From Lama glama (Eukaryota): a stretch of 64,000 bases of DNA. A program made the position numbers and the translations under genes. This document shows positions 61,001-64,000 of this stretch, piece by piece; the stretch's first letter is position 1; each line of letters begins with the position of its first letter. The notes beneath the pieces are model-generated. The model was not told where the DNA came from. It did not search any database and saw nothing but the letters and a program-made list of their open reading frames with translations. The stretch is from assembly GCA_028534125.1 (NCBI GenBank), contig CM052825.1:558001-622000 (forward strand), in the 5' to 3' direction.

Positions 61001-63339
61001 AGGTCGTGTGCACCCCAGTGGCTGGGTGTGCGCCTTGGTGTGGTCCCGGTCCCTGTGCAGTGAGGGAAGGGAGGGGCTGTGGCTCGCAGAAGCCATCTTG
61101 GGGGAGGGGGGGAGGCTAGGACCCTGACTGGGCAGAAGGAAGAGGTTCAGGGACAGAACTGGGTTTGGCTGAGACAGCCGGGTGGCAGGAGTGGGGGTCC
61201 AATGGAGGAACCCTGGGGTGCAGTCCTGTGGGAGAGGCAGGACGGCAGGTAGGACTGGCGCAGGCACCTTCTATGGGTGCTGGTGCTGAGAGCAGCACAG
61301 GGAAGGGTGGGGAGGGTGGGAGGCGGCCAGACCAGCCAGTGAGAGTCTGGAGGCCGGCCTGGCAGAGACAGGAGGCAGATGAGGGGTAGCCAGGTCCGGC
61401 AGCCCAGAGGGGGGCAGTGGGGGGAGAGGGAGCACGGAAGAGGGCGATGCAGGGCCCAGAGGGGCCTAGAAGAGCCCAGTGGGCAGTGCAGTGAGGCAGG
61501 GGTGGGCAGCTCTGCCTGGGAGGTATAACGAGGGACCCAGGGACGGGGTGTGGTGACAGGGCCAGCCTGGAGGAGAGGCCATTGGGGTCCTTGCTGACCC
61601 TGACCCCTTGAGCTGAGGGGATGCAGCAGGTGATGGGGTCGCCAGAGGTTGGACTGTTAACTCTGCCATTTGGGGAGAGCATGGCCGCCTTCAGACTGAG
61701 AACTGCAGAACATGGAGCGTCCAGCCCCACGAGGCAGGGGCCACCTTGTCCCTTCTCTCCTGCCTCTGAGAGGGACAGAAACGCAGAGGGCCCTTCCTGG
61801 AATTCTGGTCTTTGCGCTGGCTGGAGTCCAAGTTCCTCTTTCTCAGGAAGGAAGTGAACAGAGAACCTGGTGACTTGAAAGACAGCCCAGCTCAGACCAT
61901 GTGGAGGGTGGCAGCCAAGCCATTGTCCTCAGGCCCCCTCCCCAGACAGCTGGGGCCGGGGGAGGAGTCTTGTTCCCAGATTCCTGCACTTGCAAAACCA
62001 GAGTGCGGAAGAGAAGTGGGGTAGCAACCACTGGGAAACAAGATGGGGAGAGGCAGGGCTGGTCTCTGCAGCCTTGGGGCAGGCTTGGGGCTCAGGAGTG
62101 TCTCTGGGGTCACAGGTGCAGGATGACAGGTAGGAGCATCCTGCAGGAGTCTCCCAGTCCCTGGACAGGGCAGGAGCCCCCGCCGCCGTCCCCAGAACAC
62201 CAGCTGCCCTGCCACCTGGGCAGGTGGACACTTCCCGACGTGACCGCCTCTCCTGCCAGACCCAGTGCTGCTCTGCAGTTCTCGGGGTGCCAGTGGGTGC
62301 AGCCTCTGCTCTGCTTTGTCTGCACTGTGCAAGAGAATGACCGAAAGTGGAGGAAAAGTGGGGCCTCTGAGCTCACGCCCAGCACTTGAAGCCCAGCACG
62401 TGACTGGTAGTTGACACGTAAGAGCTACTAGTAGCTCATGAAGCAAAGTGTGTCAGTTCTGTGGCTGTGATCTGCCCGTGAACAAAAACTCAGGCAGGTT
62501 TTTAACCTAAAGCCCAGCGCAGCCGACAGCTCAGACCCTCACAGCCCCCTTGGGCCTGGCGAGCCGCTGCACAAGCACGTGGGCCCATGAAGGAAAATTC
62601 TGAGCAGATTTACTCCGTGTGACGCTTTCCCAAGAATCAAGCCATTCTTTGCCCAGGGCAGGCAACCCCTTGTGGCCGCTCTGCTCCCTCCTCCACCTCA
62701 GCTGCGTGTGCGCCCCTCTCTACCGCGGAGGGCCAACAGTTCCTAGTTCCTGCAGACACCTGCGCAGTAGGAGTCCTCCAGGCTGAACCTGTGGTCCACC
62801 AGGATGGGTCTGGACCCCAGGGAGGGGCAGGGGCAGCAGGGGACCTGCCTTCTTGCCACCAGTGGGTGGGGCCATCCACCCTGTGTGCCAGCCCTTTCAG
62901 ACTCAACCGTTACTGCCCAAAACTGGCTGTGAGCAGAGAGGGAGGGGCTGGGCAGGGGGTGAGGGGGATGTCGTGAGGCTCCCACCCGCACGCGCGCACA
63001 CTGGCTGGCTGCAGACAGACGGGGAGGCCAGGGGTGGCTCAGCTGCCGGGCTCCTTGTTGGCACCAGTTGTGGGGCACAGAGTGAGGCAGGGGAAGCGGA
63101 GGCCCTGAAAGCCAGGCTAGGACGGGAGATGCTCGGGAGCGTAAGGTCATGTGGATGGGGCGGGACCCTCCTCAGGCTGCAGCTCCCACGCCCTCTGCCC
63201 ATGGAGGGGCTTTGAAATGAGAATGGGGGGGAACGTCCAGGGCAGACCCCAGGGCCCATGGACACCCTCAGAGCTGGGTGAGGCCACAGCGGTGGGCTGG
63301 AGGGAAGGCACTCACTCTGCGCTCTCCCCACAGCCCGCC

Positions 63340-64000
63340 ATGTGGAGCTGCGGCCCTCTCAACGGCACGGGCGGGGGTGAGGACCAGCTCCTGTGCCCGC
63401 ACGTCCAGCGGGCCCTGTCCGCCCTGTCCCTGCTCCACCTGGTGGTCGGTGTCCCGGTGGGCCTGGGCTACAACGCGCTGCTGCTCGCGGTCAACCTGCA
63501 GGACCAGGGCAGCATGACCATGCCTGATGTCTACTTCGCCAACATGGCCGTGGCGGGCCTGGTCCTCAGCGCTCTGGCGCCCGTGCACCTGCTGGGCCCT
63601 GGTGCCTCCGGGTGGGCCCTGTGGGACCTGGGCAGCGCGGTCCACATCACGCTGCTCGTGCTGTTCAATGTGTCCTCACTGGTGACCCTGTACTCCACTG
63701 CCCTGCTCAGCCTGGACTGCTACATTGAGCGGGCCCTGCCGCGCACCTATATGTCCAGTGTCTACAACAGCAGGCACGTGTGTGGCTTCGTCTGGGGCGG
63801 GGCGCTGCTCACCAGCTTCTCCTCCCTGCTCTTCTACATCTGCGGCCACGTGGCAGCCAGGCTCGCGGAATGCGCCAGGATGCAGGACACCGAGGCCGCC
63901 GACGCCATCCTGGTGCTCACCGGGTACCTGGTGCCCGGCCTGGCCGTGCTCTATGCACTCGTGCTCCTCTCACGAGTCCGGAAGGCGGACACGCCGCTTG
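63340..64000 (+). CDS. GPR146: GPR146, class A GPCR, 5' part (220 codons; runs off the window end)
   Basis: Acceptor CTCTCCCCACAG|CCCGCC ATG; [10 protein letters not shown]...[13 protein letters not shown]...[24 protein letters not shown]...[21 protein letters not shown]...[23 protein letters not shown] matches recalled GPR146. It is absent from the ORF track because no stop lies in the window. Confidence 0.96.
   Translation, partial: MWSCGPLNGTGGGEDQLLCPHVQRALSALSLLHLVVGVPVGLGYNALLLAVNLQDQGSMTMPDVYFANMAVAGLVLSALAPVHLLGPGASGWALWDLGSAVHITLLVLFNVSSLVTLYSTALLSLDCYIERALPRTYMSSVYNSRHVCGFVWGGALLTSFSSLLFYICGHVAARLAECARMQDTEAADAILVLTGYLVPGLAVLYALVLLSRVRKADTPL

Noticed and set aside
63268-63645. 125-aa minus-strand ORF
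   Set aside because: It is the antisense shadow of the GPR146 CDS.

Overview
This is GC-rich mammalian genomic DNA, not prokaryotic. It is probably from a camelid, judged by two tRNA-derived SINEs of camelid type. The gene order matches my recollection of human 7p22.3. From left to right: GC boxes probably upstream of ADAP1; COX19 (minus; exons 1 and 3 visible, exon 2 probably hidden in a 140-N gap); a complete 9-exon CYP2W1 (plus, 493 aa); the last three coding exons of C7orf50/CHLSN (cholesin, minus); the intronic MIR339 hairpin (minus); two intronic CpG-island promoters; and the first 220 codons of GPR146 (plus), nested antisense inside a C7orf50 intron. The most notable points are: (i) a reported hormone gene (cholesin) physically containing the gene for its reported receptor, plus a miRNA; (ii) a candidate independent pri-miR-339 promoter and first exon; (iii) a changed miR-339-3p seed; (iv) a CDX/GATA/HNF1 motif cluster resembling a gut enhancer upstream of CYP2W1; (v) a nested L1/L1/L1/SINE stack, and old L1 copies with strong AT-to-GC drift; (vi) a long inverted repeat and a 73-bp minisatellite. 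Gene identities come from recalled protein and miRNA sequences plus splice-phase arithmetic. No database search was run. Most ORFs in the supplied track are GC-content artefacts.
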